Shown here: piece by piece, positions 26,901 through 41,900 of the stretch
How the letters are laid out: each line of letters begins with the position of its first letter
Numbering within the stretch: the first letter of the stretch is position 1
NCBI GenBank assembly: GCA_002633005.1
Contig: NMRA01000224.1
Span: forward strand, 592,981-656,980
Direction of reading: 5' to 3'
Origin: Phoronis australis
Taxonomy: Eukaryota > Animalia > Phoronida
Length of the DNA stretch: 64,000 bases
The notes under the pieces: model-generated
Told to the model about the DNA's origin: nothing
The model's database searches: none
The model's input: only the letters and a program-made list of their open reading frames with translations
Translations under genes and position numbers: made by a program

Positions 26901-29900
26901 ATTCATTTGCCCTGAGCGAGAGACTAAGTGTTTATCTTCCCAGTAACACAGAACTCCCACACCTGCTATTGGATACTACCACAATAAGGCCATTGATTTT
27001 CAGTAATTGGACTAACATCCTGAAAAAGTGTGATTTTATTTGATCTATGAATAAATATTTTTGCCTAGTTCACCCCTTGAAAATTAATCTGTCATACCTG
27101 TAAAATTCATTTCGAAAAGGTAAAAGAAATATTCATGAAACTCTCAATAATGGGTTATATCCCCTCACTTGACGAAGTAATTATGTATTTTTGCTCGACG
27201 GGAACATTTCATGAAACTTCAATAATCTCTGGTACAAGCATATCCGCTTGCGTTGTCTACACCAGTGAAGAATTCATTCCGTGCATACTGCATGTTTTAT
27301 GACATTTTTGAAACTCTTAACAATGGTAATATTTACAGTAAGGTAAGATAACATACCATCTGCCTTGGAGTGCAGTGGCCAATTTAACCGAGTTAATAGT
27401 TTTCAAGCGAGCTTTACACCAGTTAGAAAGTTCGAGTGCCAAACCCGTTTGTTTTGGCAGTTTCACTCCTCCTTTTTCAGAGAACCCAATAAAAGTTGGA
27501 GTGGCATCAGACGGCGAATGTCTTTTCAATGTTGAGATCTCGGATGATTTTTAATCATTATACTTCTTGAAACGTACGCACAAGTTCACCAGTTGTCTAC
27601 GCGTTACTGGTTGCTGCAATAACTATTTTCTCAATGGATGGAACTGCATTCAAACTGATGGTGTAATAAATTCACAAAACGTACCGATAATGCCGTAGAT
27701 GAAGTAATGTCCCACGAGACATTATTCCGCATTTTGACTGAGACCAAAGGTCGAGGTCGATACGCAGAAAAAATGTCGAGTGGGATATCTATTCATCTAC
27801 GCCAATCGAGGTACGTTTTGAATTGATCCCATACTCTTCGAATTCCTAAGTTTCTTTCATTTTTTGGCAGAGTTTTAAATACTTCACCCAGACTGTTGAC
27901 ATCCCATATTTTTGTAAAGTTACGCGTTAGGTTACAAGTTTTCTCTAGTAAAAGAAACCGTTTTAAATTTAACGATTTATTTCTTGAAAAGAGATAATAA
28001 AGATGAAAACAACGATGATTGTGCTTTAAACTTGTAAAATTTCCTGAAAATAGTTGAATAACAACATTTGATATTGTAGTTACTGAGGAATCGGCGTCTG
28101 GGTTGCAGACAATGTAATATTTAGCAATTGAAAACTGAGACAAAAGTGTCATATAACAGTTTTGTTCCAGATGTTACGTTTGTGACCTGATTGCATGTTT
28201 AGTGTTTTTTTATAGTACTTCAATTGTATTACTTAAACTATTTTGGGAAAGTTTGATGAACCAACCGGCTAACTACGTCGAGTCGAAATTGACCGATATT
28301 TTGAACTTTCCATGTCAGAGTGCTGTGTTGAAGTAGTCCGGGAGGGGAATATGGAGAACTACATGTAAATCACATGGCCGTATTGCAATCGACTGATTCA
28401 ACGCGTATGAGATAAATACCGTTGTACATGGATAGAATACGACTAGGCCTGCTGAGTTCAAAGAAAAACAACTCAACGTTTCTATTTTCTAAAACACGTC
28501 TTGCGTATGAGCATGGCTATTGCCGAAAGGAAAATATGGGGAGCCTTTATTTACCTTCCACTATCACCAGTATAAGCCAAGGTCAGACATGCCTATGCAC
28601 TTTTCAAGACTCGGAACCTTAAAAAACGCCGACTGGGATGTACGGAGCTATTATACGAAGGCCGTCGCTTACAAAGCTGTGGACCATCCAATCAGGCTGG
28701 TCCGAATGTTATTTAGTCTAGTGGGATTGTGTTGCAGCATTTTCGTTATGGTAATTTCAGTTTTCAAGGCTGCGGAAACAAATTGGTATAATTATCCTCG
28801 GCAGAACTCATCAAATCGTAGGAACGTAACTTTGGAACATGAATGTATCCCAAAATAGACCGTGGCAATCGACTTAGACACCTGCCTAACTGTCGTTTTG
28901 GTAATTAAAATCGTCTACGCCCTTGCTCTTCTTAACATTAACCTAAATTAACCTAACCTAACGACTCGCGAGAGTTTACACTCCGGTTATATTTAGACAG
29001 TCGGTGGCCTGCTACAAGGAAGCTACATAAAAGTCGCACAGTCTCAACTGGTTATTTTAAAACTACTAAATACCGTGTGTTTACACGTAATGACTGATGG
29101 AGCTAATGTATAACCAATTCCTTTTACAAACTTCGTGGACTTTCGACATTATGACACAGCTCGGCTATAGGCCTACATGTAACTTTACTTAAATCCTCTA
29201 TAAACTGACTGTAGGCGTAAAATAAGCGAATCTCATGAACACATCAACTGACTTCATGCTATATTGAAATATCAAGTCATCGATGGATAAATTATCATAT
29301 CTATGTATGCGGATTTATGGGGAAACAGGCGGCCCACTTTTGTGTACACGAACGAAAAAAAGTCATGCCCTGAGCATGCTGTGTTTTTAGTTCTAACGTG
29401 CTGGAACGCAAAAACTCACAAAAATACTTTTAATCAGATGGTGGCGAATATTCTTCTCAGAGGTGCTAACATGAAAGTTTTCTACTTTGAATATTGCAAA
29501 AATTTCTAGAAAATATCGTTAGATTCATTATTTTTAACTCACAGACGAAGTATTTACTCTTTCATTCCACTAAGTACAGTTTTCACATTCTAATTCCTAA
29601 TAATACATTTGCGCGCATGCGCTCAAAGAATTATTCAGTAAGCACTTCCCAAGTGAGTAGTCGTCGTTTTTTTACATCAAAGGGGACTGCATTACGTTTA
29701 TGTCTTGCAGTACCAAATAAGGAGACGTACATGTGCTTTGCCTTGTGAGTGAAATATCGACGAGGTGACGTGCAGTTGACAGACCGCTTTTTTGAAATTT
29801 GGAACAAGAGAAAAAATTTTTGACACCAACGGAAATTCAAAATCTTTACGAACAAATTGTAAATATACCTGGTGAACAGTATGACTTCAGTTTCACCACT

Positions 29901-32900
29901 CAACTGCTTTCCGTCAGTGGCCTGCTGCCTTTGTTTCTTGCCGGGTGCAATGATCGAGACCTTCGATAATTAACGCTCGTTTCTGTTTTAACTGTTTTGT
30001 CTCTCTTTTACCAAATGAACTCTTTGGGGACAATACCCTCTCAGAACCGCATAATTTAAAGTTAATCATTGAATACTTTGTAGAAAATTGTCGACCTTTC
30101 CATCGATAAGCAACACTGGATGTTAAGTGAAGCCCGCCTCAAGTGTAAACTCAAGATGAACTCTGACCCCTACCCTAAAACAGGTGAGCCTCTTTCACAA
30201 CTCTGTTGGTACAAGATCTATTTCTAGTATTGGCAGAGAATAACCTAACACTCTTACCTCCACATTTTTAAATTGTGGAAGATACAACTCAAATTACCAC
30301 GAACAGCAAACAAACTGCAATGGCCGTCCTGGAAGCACCAGACGCTCTGTTCCCGATTGTTGCAATTTTTTGTTTTATTTTGTCATGTGCATCAACACTA
30401 CGTGGTCATTATCTTAACCATCTTATCAAAAACGAGTTTGTGTGTATTACTTAGCGAACCATCTGCATAATTGCAGCCAACGCGACTATCATCGACGAGT
30501 CAGTCAGGAACCTCGATTGATGTACGACACTGATTGTGGCCTGACGTCGATGTTGATAAACGCTTATAATGTGTAAAAAATAGTGGTTTTGTGTGAGGTT
30601 CTAGGAATATACAAATTAATTGAGAAATGTAACTAAGAATAACTGGGGCATCACACGCCAACCACACGAGCAATATTTTGATTACACAAAACGACATATT
30701 TTGAATGATTTTGAAATCTTCCATTGGTCCATGTGTCTTCTTAATCACGTATTTTTTTTAAAATGCTTTCGAGAGATTTGCGGATCATGTAAGTTCTTAC
30801 TTGCACGCTTGGACTTGTGTAAAGTTCATTGTTAAAACAAATTAGCTAGCGCTCAGCTGACGATATTCACGTTGAAAGCAATATTGCTGCCATCTAGTTG
30901 GGAAATACATTGATTACTTGCCCGAAATGCAAACGTTATCCCGTAAAGAATGTTCTGTTTCATGAAAGTTGATTGAATGGTTAGTCGGACATTTTGTCTT
31001 GCGCACCGCGTAACTATTCCTGAAAATATTTTAAATTCAGTTTAGAATATATCACCAATAGTAAACAATTGCGTAAGTTATTGCCACACCGTGGTGTAGC
31101 TACTATTACACTGCCAAAACATCAGGCGTACATGTATTATTAAATGACACTGCCAAAACATCAGGTGTACATGTATTATTAAATGACACTGCCAAAACAT
31201 CAGGCGTACATGTATTATTAAATGACACAAAAGCGTTTGACTTTAACCTCGTGTCAGTCGTAAGCTGTCCTTGATTGACTTTGCCAGTACCCAAGGTCAA
31301 CCTGTTAAAACATCTGAGTAAAGTTCAATAGCTGCCTTGCGGCGAGAAAAATCTAGCAAAAATCACGAGCTGTTATTGGAAATACACGACAGTATCTAGC
31401 GGAATCTTGCAGATCTTTCTTTTCTAGCGAGGTATTACTGTTATTGAACTCGACTCATACTGGTTTGCAATCCAGAAAATTCCATTAAGAACAAATCAGG
31501 ACAGAGTTCAGTATAGCTATCTCGCGTCTAGAAAAATCTCTAGCAGCCAAACTCACGTGTTTTCATTAAAAATATTCAGTAATATTTCTCGTAATCTTTC
31601 GAAGTGTCGCTTTTCTAGCGAGGTGCTAGCGTATCAAGGGCAGAGTTATTCAGTAACGCGCTAGGACTTACGCAAGGACCCCGCTAAAATCTAGCCAACA
31701 TCACTTGATCTCATTTAAAATACATGGCAATATATCACGTAATCTCGCGAAGTCTTGCTTTTTAGCGAGGTCCTAGCGTTGCATGAACTCTACTCTGATG
31801 TTTCACCCGTTCCAAACGCCGTAACACCATTCAAGAGTCTGTTAAATGCAAGCCGTTACATGCTTGCAGCTCAATGTAATATATTACTACAGTACGTTAT
31901 ACACTGTAACACGTTTCAACAAGCCCACAATGAGACGGCCTTTTTTGAGCAACGAGAACAAGTGCGAAGTCGCGACACCTAAGAGTTCGGGAATAGCGGT
32001 ACTTTCATCTGAGGCTGGCACTTTGTAAATTCGGCGCAAAATACAGATTTCCGCTAGTCTCGAAGCTGAATATAAGCCAAAATCTTGGCAACAAGAGTAA
32101 AAAATCTACTTCATCCCGGAGCTCACTGTAACACGCATGTAAGACTCGTTGAAGAGTGTTACGGTGTATAATGTATTGTAGTAATATATTACAGTGAGCT
32201 GCAAGCATGTAACGGCTTGCATTTAATAGACTCTTGAATGGTGTTACGGCGTTTTGAATGGGTGGATGTTTCAGCCGGTTCACTAGGCGGGAACGGCGAG
32301 GTTAATCAAATGTACCATATTTCATGAATCATGCTGCTGGTGTTATGTGACTTTTATTGGACGTCATATGATGGAGGATCCGTTAGTAACTACAAGGACC
32401 AGTTTTTAAAGTAAGGTCCAATGAGTTTTTGTAGTATTTGAAGTTATTAAATAGCCAAGGACTGTTCATGTTTTCTCTTGGACAAGTTTTGCTGCAGGTT
32501 TACCCATGGAGCATCTCATGCTTTGACTCCACCAAATCTCGAAAACATGTTGTGTTCTATTCTATTCAAAGTGGGTTGACGTATAGTTGATTGCACATGT
32601 GAATTCTCAGAAAAGTTCACTATACATCAATACGCTCGGCTGAGCAAATTACTTGTTTATTTATTCTATATTCAGGAATTTACATAGTGTTTACGATAGG
32701 GTCGTGTTTACAGTAGTGTGAAACGTATAGACGGCAAGGTTAAATTGATGAACTGAATACGATATTCATGGACAAATTAGCGAACTTGGCATGGCTTCGT
32801 CATTTTCGATTGGTTAAGTGTACAGTTCCGGTAAATGAATTTGTTCAATTGTCACTTGTGGCCACGACAAACAAAACGATTACTCGTCAACGTTTATGCT

Positions 32901-35900
32901 TCCATTATCACAAGTGTAGGAGGCGGATCCACATGGGTCACGCACCTCCCAAATAGTGAATTTAGGGACAGCCTCTTCCCCCCTTTAAAAATGAACGAAG
33001 TAATGGATGGAGCGGGAGAGTCGTGCCCCATATAATTTGCAGGCGTGCGACTGAAATCTTCGAGGCCTCCGGCGCATGCGTCGGAAATAAAGTTGCTGTG
33101 AAGCATGTAGAAGCGAGAACTATTTGAAGCACGTTAGGCAACTACCAGCGGTGGATTCTTTGTTTCCGGTCTGACTAGGTCATTTTGTAAGGAGCTCCCC
33201 AGTTTTAGAAAATTGCAGCATGTTCAGTATGTTTCACCAGCACTCTCTTAAACATGGGTTCTTATTCACACATATATACATGTACTTTGAAAAATTCTGA
33301 AAAAAAAATGTTACCAGCATGGATTTTCCAGAGCATGCAGTTAGTTGGGAACATAATTTTAGGGAAGGCAACGTTATCGTTTCGTCAGGGACCCTTCTCT
33401 GCAAACGAGTAATCTCTCGCGCTCTTTTTGTTTATTTTTTTCTCGAATAGTATACATTCGATATAAATCCCAGCTCTTGGAGGTGGCCTGCTAATCGCAA
33501 ACATAGCTACCATGTTACCGTTTTTATTTATAACTTTTTTCTTAAGGGTTCATTAACTGAGGGGCCATAATGATAGAATCAGTTGATTGATTTCCCTGTT
33601 TTTTGTGAAATCATGCATGTTTCAGTTTCATATAAGCATTGCTTAGGATGAGAATAATTCATTTTGAAACAGAACGCAGAATAATACACGTCTACATGGC
33701 AACTCACCTCGCGCCAATCCCAACTTAGTAAAGAGCTCAGGCGACGAATACTTCACGGGTTGGATCGTTAGGTTTCATAGGCTATCAGTTCGAAACGGAG
33801 TACACTGATCAAGAAATACTAGAGAGGCGCCGTGAACATGCACAGGCAACGGAACGTATGGATAGTTCTTTGGCAAGCTGGAATTCGTCAGAGAAATCAC
33901 TGTCGACGAAATGCTGGCCACAGACACGGAGATGTTTCACAGCCTCATACTTGCTATTAACAGCCTACCTTTCATTCTCCACTACCGCGAGCCACTTTCT
34001 AAGCATTTCGGGCTCTCCAGGAAGTCGAAAAAAAGATAGTCCCGCTTTTTTCGCAGTTTCATAGTTCGGACAAGCGGGACCGATGCACCGCAATATAGCG
34101 GCATTCACTCTGCAGACGAACCACTGACGTTGCTGCGTCGTTTCTCATCATCCTCACAGGTTAATGCGACACCTCTCGGCAAGGTGAGGTCGACCGTACA
34201 AGAGGCGATGTGGATATAGACCGATTAAGACGGTAAAAAAGTCTAATTAAATCCGGTCGAATTCTCCATTAACCCCCTCTCAGACGGGGTCTTCTCAGGG
34301 AGGAGCGTCTGTGATCATTGCCCCTTTGCACCACATGAAAGTGGCACAGTGAATTGTTCACGTGAAATACAAAAATTTCAAATTAGCTCTAAACAGCAGT
34401 ATCAAGACATGTGACCCAAAACGTGAACATAGTTAAAAAGCACACAAATTAGCAGTAACCGGAACAGAAAAAAAAATAATTTGAAGACTATTTATTATTA
34501 TACAACACATTTCTTGAATGTTTTATAACGATAAAAGTATTGCTACTTGTTAGCAACGATTTCTAAAAATTGAATGCGTTTTGGTGATCGATTAGTCTTA
34601 GGAAAGCATTATCAATAGAAAAGGATTTCGTACGAAATCGCTGCCTAACAGATTGTCAGAGACATGATGCAGTGTATACAGTGTAAGTCTCGCGAATTAA
34701 AAGGTGTTTAACCTGCGTGTACTGGAAAACGTAAACAGAGATATCTGCGAATTTGGAATGTAATTTTGACTCATAAACAGTGGCATGTACCTGAATTCAC
34801 GTTAACACGAACTAATTCTGAATAATCCCTACCCCCGTGGTATGCCCCGTCTCCCGTGCTCTCCCGCTTGCCCACCAAGTACATGTATTTAAACCCACCC
34901 CTTCGGGGATTATCTAAAATTCCACAGTAACCTAATAAGCAGGCTTCCATTCAGAAATCGCGTGTCTTTGTACGTTGCCATGTGACAAGTCAACACATCA
35001 ATATTTCCTGCAATGGTTCTGCTTGCGCTAGCTGTTTGCGAATTTCGGTTGATCAATTGACGATTGTTAACTTTGGTAAGCTAGTCATGTAAGAAATTGA
35101 GGATGTGTCAGAGAACTTTGATGTAGGCTGAAATTCTGGAAAACCTCTGTCCATCCTACCGCAAACAGCAAACTACACTGCGTATTTCTGCCAATATGAA
35201 ATAATCTTCTGAGAAATTGTTTTTTTCGGTGAATTATGACGTAGGATGGTGGAATTGGGGTAGTTTAATATCGTTTTTCCGCCTCAGCGCTTGGTCAGTA
35301 GGTGAACTCGGGTAGTCATTTCAACTACGGATATCCAGTCCCTTGGGGAATGTACCAAGGATCGTGAAAAAGTGCACTTATTCCATGAATGGTCTTGAAC
35401 TTTCCACTAATCACATTCTAAGAATGAGAATCTTGATCTTAGGTCTCATCTTCACACCTGTGTCCTCTAAATAATGATTTATCAGTACATCTTTTAACAC
35501 CCTTTGAAATCCATAATAGTTACCTTCGAAAAGACAAAAATATGTTCTAACCGCGTGACGTTCTCAGGACTAAAACGTAGTTCTTCCTCACAAAATTGTT
35601 GAAGCTTGGGAGACGATAGCGATGTTGTTCAGTAGAGGCTGTCCCCAAGGTGTTTGCCTATCATGTACGAAAATCCGCACACCTTGAATTGGCAACGACA
35701 AGAAAGATAGAAGCGGTGCGAATAAGAAAAAAAATCTTATTTTGAGACCACGGGGCAAAGGGTTCACGAAGTCAGAGTAGCCAATTTAATCCCACCTCCC
35801 TCCCCCCCCCGCCCCCCAGCTCATAAGTAATGTTTTCCTCCATACGGCCTATTGCGCCCAAAGACGAGAGCGAAGGTAAAATTGTTGTTAGGGTGTCACT

Positions 35901-38900
35901 GATGTCGACAGGAGGGTACAGGTGGAGGTAAAACATGAGTCGAGTGGGGATGGAGAAGGACAAAACTGGTGTCGAGCTCGGGGTGAAACTACTGTAGGCG
36001 GTACTGCAGGCGAAACCACCATGAGGGGTTGAGGGTTGCGCTAACACCCCCGCACGCACACACACACACGCGCGCGCGCACGCGCACTAAAACAAACCTT
36101 TCTGTGATTGTGATAGTGATATTGATCCAGACCCAATTACAATAAACATTAACCTCTTTCGCAAACTCACTTCATTCAGCACACTTAGAAATACTTGACC
36201 AGTTTTTTTAATATTTATTGCTATTAGCAAACAGAGTGGAAATAACACGTGTTATCGTCCATAAACTTCATTTTGTACATTTGATTTACTTTCTATTGCT
36301 TACAGCAAAAGTTATGTTCGCATGTGCATCCGCAGATTGCTTATAATCTTGGAAATTTTGAGCCATAAATTTGTTACTGAATGTGACGTTTTACATTTTC
36401 TATGTCGTGTTTTTTGAAAAATAATTAATTTTGTCCCATGTTGTTGCAGGCGTTTACTGTAATCGCACGTGGGACACCATTCTGTGTTGGCCGGATGTAC
36501 CAGCTGGTTCCACTTCCATACAGAGTTGCCCGGACTACGTGAACAGGTTTGACACAGAGTGTAAGTGGAGCAGGGGTGCGTTCCCTTGCACTAGTTTCTT
36601 AGGAGTTGAGCGAGATCACACGAGTGAAAGGCGAGTGTTTTGTAAATAAACTCGAGACCTTACTCGCGTGCATTAGCAATACTTTAGCCTCAGAAAGGAA
36701 TGTTCGGCGAGGCAGGAATGTTGAATTATAGGAGAATAATATAGGAGACAGTTTGAAATAAACGCGCAATTTCCGCTCCATAAGCTAAGGTTTCTCGCGG
36801 AAATATTTCGTGTCTAGCGTTTAAGCAATCCTGCTTCATGTTCTATCGAAGATTGGGATTTGGACGATTTTTCAAACGTCAATTTTCATTCGAAGACTCT
36901 TGAGTCTAACCTCCAAAATCGATTCAGATTCAGACTCGAAATTTAACCAATCAAACTGCGGGATTCGAGTACAAAAGTTGGACTCGAAAGCGCGCCATCC
37001 AATTTTCGAGACGAGTATCGAGTATTGAGATTAGACCCATAAATGTTACATCCAATGAACATACAGCTAACATGGACACCTGAGACAACTATAATATTTA
37101 TATCAAAATGAATTTGACAACCTGATTCATACACGTAGCGTTGTTTTTATGAACACATTTTTCGAAATATATCGCTGTTTAAAAAGACAAAGACCCAGTA
37201 CTTAACCAATAGCAGTATGCTTTAAAATCCATATTTGTATTCTCCATTGAATAAAATTGTATATTGCTGTGCAGGTGTTCTACCAAATACGTAGATATGT
37301 TGATCAGTCCGTGATAGCTAGTAATAAAGTTAATACAATAGTTTGTTAAATGAAGGCATTTCAAAAACGTTTAGACTAATATAAAGATTTTATAGACTTA
37401 CGGGCGTATAATCAATGGCTGATTGGCTATAATAAGTAGATTACGTGACTTTTGGTCTGACAAACCCACATGTAGGTCAATTGATTTTGAACCAGTATCA
37501 CAATATTCAATTACTGTTGATTTCCCTTTGGCCGCAGATTGTTCCAATCACTTTCCAATATTACGCCAGCTAAAAGCGAGACACAAAGCATGTGTTACTC
37601 TATTGTCAGGCATCTAGTACTTAAGAGCGGTCCTGTGAAAGAATAATGATCGATCGACTGGCAGAAAAGAGCATCAGTGCACGTATCTTAATTTGGACAT
37701 TCATCGTTGACATACTGTACGGGAATTACCCGGAGATGGATGCTGAACACTCGCGTTTTTACGCTATGCTACATCGTACATTGAATGCCAAAACCCACAC
37801 GTATTTGTTTTGTATGCATCCATTAAGACTGATCAATCCGGGACACATCGGGTACTTTCGTTTTTTTCAAATTATCCTTCTGGTCATCCGGAACACCTCG
37901 GGTATTTCCGTTCACTCAAATTATCCGTAGAGAAGTGTTTCATATCTGTGCATGTGGGAATTCCAATCGTAATTGCAGGTTATATTACTGGGCCGGGATT
38001 CGCATGTGATAACTGAGTTCAACAAGAGTTAGTAACATCAGAAGGCAGATTACCGTCGCCACGACATTTTGAGACCTGCCAAGTTGAAGGCTTGTTTTAG
38101 CCGTCAGTCTCTTGACCAAAAGTCTGTTAGTGTAATGATTGACGTTCGCATATACCGTATATGCGAACTTCAATCATAAAACGACTCTGAAGGATAACTT
38201 GTGGGTACGGAAATTCCTGAGATCGAGTTCCGGATCATTCGGAAGTGCTTCACTGTCTGCCCGTCGATGTGCGCGAACTTCAGTCGTACTGTGCAACAAC
38301 TCATGAGACTCTCATAATGGAGCATGCCGTCAGTCAAATGCGCGGGCATTCCCATGCTGTAACCATATCTTGATCAAATCATATCCATTGTTTGCGAAAG
38401 TTCGCTCCTCAGAGAGACAGTATGTGACCACTAAAATAACCTCCAGGACGAGGTTGATTTAGTTGTTACTGCAGCAGCAAGCTAAAAAAGTCATTTCTCA
38501 ACTAGATGGGGCAGTGAGCATCACTCATCATCAACCAATTGAGAAGTCCACATGTTCCAAAAGGATTCGGAACCAAGCGAAGTGTCCGAATGTTACACTA
38601 GGCCCGTTCACATGCACACGTTTACCGCATAAATAGCGGCGTAAATACTGGGACACTCGTTATTCTCCATTAGCGCTATTCTTACTTGCATGTGAATGCT
38701 CCGAATAGCGCTTTTCTCCTGTGCGACAAATTTAGCGGGTATATTACCGCTAAAGACTGCATTACCAAAAGGCGAATATCAAAAGAAGCAATTGTGCTAA
38801 CAGAATTCCTCACTTCGCGCAAGCGCATTGCAAGCCAGATTTCCCGCGGAATTGAAAAAAAAGCGTGGGCTGACAAATCTACGCACTTCTTGGTCTGTTT

Positions 38901-41900
38901 GTGGACCGAGTCCAAGGTTTCTAGAGGGCTGCCTGGGACCAGCAGGGATAGTGTGATGTACGCCCAAAGGGCGAAAATAAAGTATAGGTAATTTATTGTA
39001 GGTTTTCAATGTTTTTAGATGTCTTAAACCGCTACCGGGGAACTACCACGACGGGTTTTCAGACAGTATTTTTACGAGTTCTTTACCAGTTTAACTCAGT
39101 TGGTGTTGCTTTCCATAAACACCAGAGCAGTAGTTATCAAAGTCGACGACACGAGTGATCTAGAAAAACGGTTTTCATTAACGGGAACTAACTAACAGTC
39201 ATTCAGAAGCTTTATTACAGTGCTGCCCGCCACCCTCACCCCCAGCACGTGTACTATACATTGTACGAGTGCGTTTACAGGTGGATACCGGTATTTTACG
39301 GGAATTTTTCACGTCGGACCGGTAAAATGTTACAGCAGTTACATTGAAGAAAACTAATCCACGCAAATTCTGGGCATTTGTTTCCCCTAAAACAGTTAAC
39401 CGCTGAACCAAAGAATGCCCCTGGTCACTCAAGACCTTTGAGATGCAAGTACATGTACAATGACCCGAAGTTCAAAGGATCTGCTGTTCAAGTAAGGCTA
39501 GTTACCGAAGCGAAAGTTAAATCGGTACGCTCTAACCGACGCATTTATATGTATCCGAGTAGCTAACTATGCACGTTGAAATTGGAGAAAATAAATGATG
39601 AAAAAAACGCCAAAATTCTAGGACTTATCTTCTGCACAATTGTCATCAAAGCCGTTAAAAATGCAAATTAAATGCACACTTTCTTTATTTGTTCGCGATG
39701 TTCCAACTACAACGACTGGAAATCTTCCTGTCAAAAACTTCAGCGAGGCATACGCCGAATGACGTATTGATGCGCGAAAATGATGCAATGCAAATTTCTC
39801 AAGAAAACATCTTGTTTAATGTTGGTTATGTATTCAATGACTATTTTTGCATGAAACAAAAAGCGTCGAATTACTTCGACTTCGTGCGGAATTCCGTCAT
39901 TGGGTGATTCGAGTTTGGTCCCTTGGCACTTTGGTATCACAAACACGTGATCCCGAAATATGGTTTAGTCATGTTTGCGAAATAATTTCCATTCAATTAC
40001 AGCTTATGCAACAAAGAGGTGTATGGAGGACGGCACATGGTTTTATAGCAGCAAGTTCAACCAATCGTGGACAAATTATACGGCATGTGGTTCAAATGCA
40101 ACTCTCAAGTCAGACAAGTATAAAATCATTGCCGTAAGTCTGCGAGTAGAGCTTACTTGAAGTTTTGGAGTTTAAATACCCGTCTTGAAGTACTTTAAAC
40201 GTTAGCTATTTACTTTGTGTGCAAGAAGCAGTGGAACTTCGCATGGATATTTTGTTTTTGTTTCACTTGTAAATATTCTTTGAAATTTTTGCTCTTTTTT
40301 TCTAATTTATTGGATACGTGCGTACGTGTAATTGTAAGTGACATGGCTTTTCGGCAGTAGGTAAAATCGATAAATATTTTATATCTCGGAAAATAAACCC
40401 TCTGAAAGCAGTGGCAACCTCTATGAGTTGACATATTCACGCATAGTCAGGTGATTTAGATCTTTTCTTTATAGAAATTAAGTAGCTCAGCTACAACGGC
40501 ATCCTGTATAATCAGCATTATTTAGTAGCCAGGGTGTATCCCGAGATGTGCGCACCATAATTGTTGCAATATTCCACTATTGTATGTTACAAACAAATTG
40601 TTAACTTCTCATGACTTTGATACCATATACAGTAGTTACTTATCTGGATAATGTAGAATTCGACAGTTTCGACGCACAAAACAGTGAATAAACATCCACA
40701 TATTTTCAACTACAATCCGTTTCAGTTCTACTAGAAATTCGACAAAATTTCTGCAGGTCGAAACCGCTACAACTTAGTTCGCAAGTCTAAAAAACAGTAG
40801 CGGCTAGGCGCACTAACGCCACAGGAGATCCACGAAGATGTTTTTTATTGCGACAGAAATTCGACTAAACGCCAAAGAATTCTGATAAGATGTTTATTCA
40901 AGTCACGTTGTCGAAGTCGCGAGAACGTACTGTGCAAGTCCATTACGTAAATAAAAAGTATCGGCTAAGCGCACTAACGGCACATCACTCCTACAATATG
41001 TCGACAAAAACGCCATTTTATTGCTCCAAGGACTCCACTAAACTGTCAAATAAATCTGTTGATGATTTTTTTCCAAATTTTGTCATAGTCTGCATGCAAA
41101 ATTTAGTAGAAATGTGGCTATTTTTCTGAAAACGACTAACGTAATTTAGAAAGTGTACATGTAGGCCTGCCATCGATTAGACGAGTGACCTGACTACTGT
41201 ATTTTCAATGCAGGCCCAGAATACATGTGGGAGAGAATCAACAGCCAGATTAAGTTACCGGAAAATAAAATTATAAAAACGGTGATGTTTAATCACTCAT
41301 TTTCAAATTAATAAATATTACGTACAGCGAATTTCACCCATCGTGCACGAAAAATCGCAAATATGACAGTTTTTCCATTTGCTGTGTACAGTACCTTGTA
41401 CATGTACCTAACTTATCCAAGAAAAGTGTTTGCCTCAGACAAGTTTCAGAGCAGCATGCAAAAGCGAATTCTACATTTGTACTTAGACCTAATAATTTCC
41501 TTTTCGTGACAGGTGTCTGTTTCCTTTATTCCAGGTTCACATGCCTTATATCCGGATAATGTTGAATATCGGATACAGCGTTTCTCTGGTTTGTCTGGTC
41601 GTCTCTGTGGCTCTAATGACGTATCTGAGGTATGTTATGTGTGAGGTGTGTTTCGATTAGCTGACAGACCAGGCCTGCAGGAAGGAAAAAATTATTGGGG
41701 GGGGCACAAACCAATTTGACTTGGCCAACCTACCCCCTTGCTATCATCACGCCCCCCCCCCTCTTCGTTCTCTGCATGTCACCATATTTGTACCGAACCC
41801 CACCCCCCCCCCACGTCCGCTATAGGTGGGGGTAATACCGGGGATGCAGCCATCAGGATTTGAGTAACCGTGAACCAAAACCAACAAAGATTCACGGAGA

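Noticed and set aside
31106-31300. ORF with [13 protein letters not shown] repeats
   Set aside because: Translation of a 39-bp intronic minisatellite.
31755-32283. Two similar ORFs on opposite strands ([19 protein letters not shown])
   Set aside because: Translations of the two TIR arms of a MITE, not duplicated genes.
41513-41534. Alternative upstream acceptor for exon 5 (gtgacag|)
   Set aside because: Adds 22 nt and shifts the frame.
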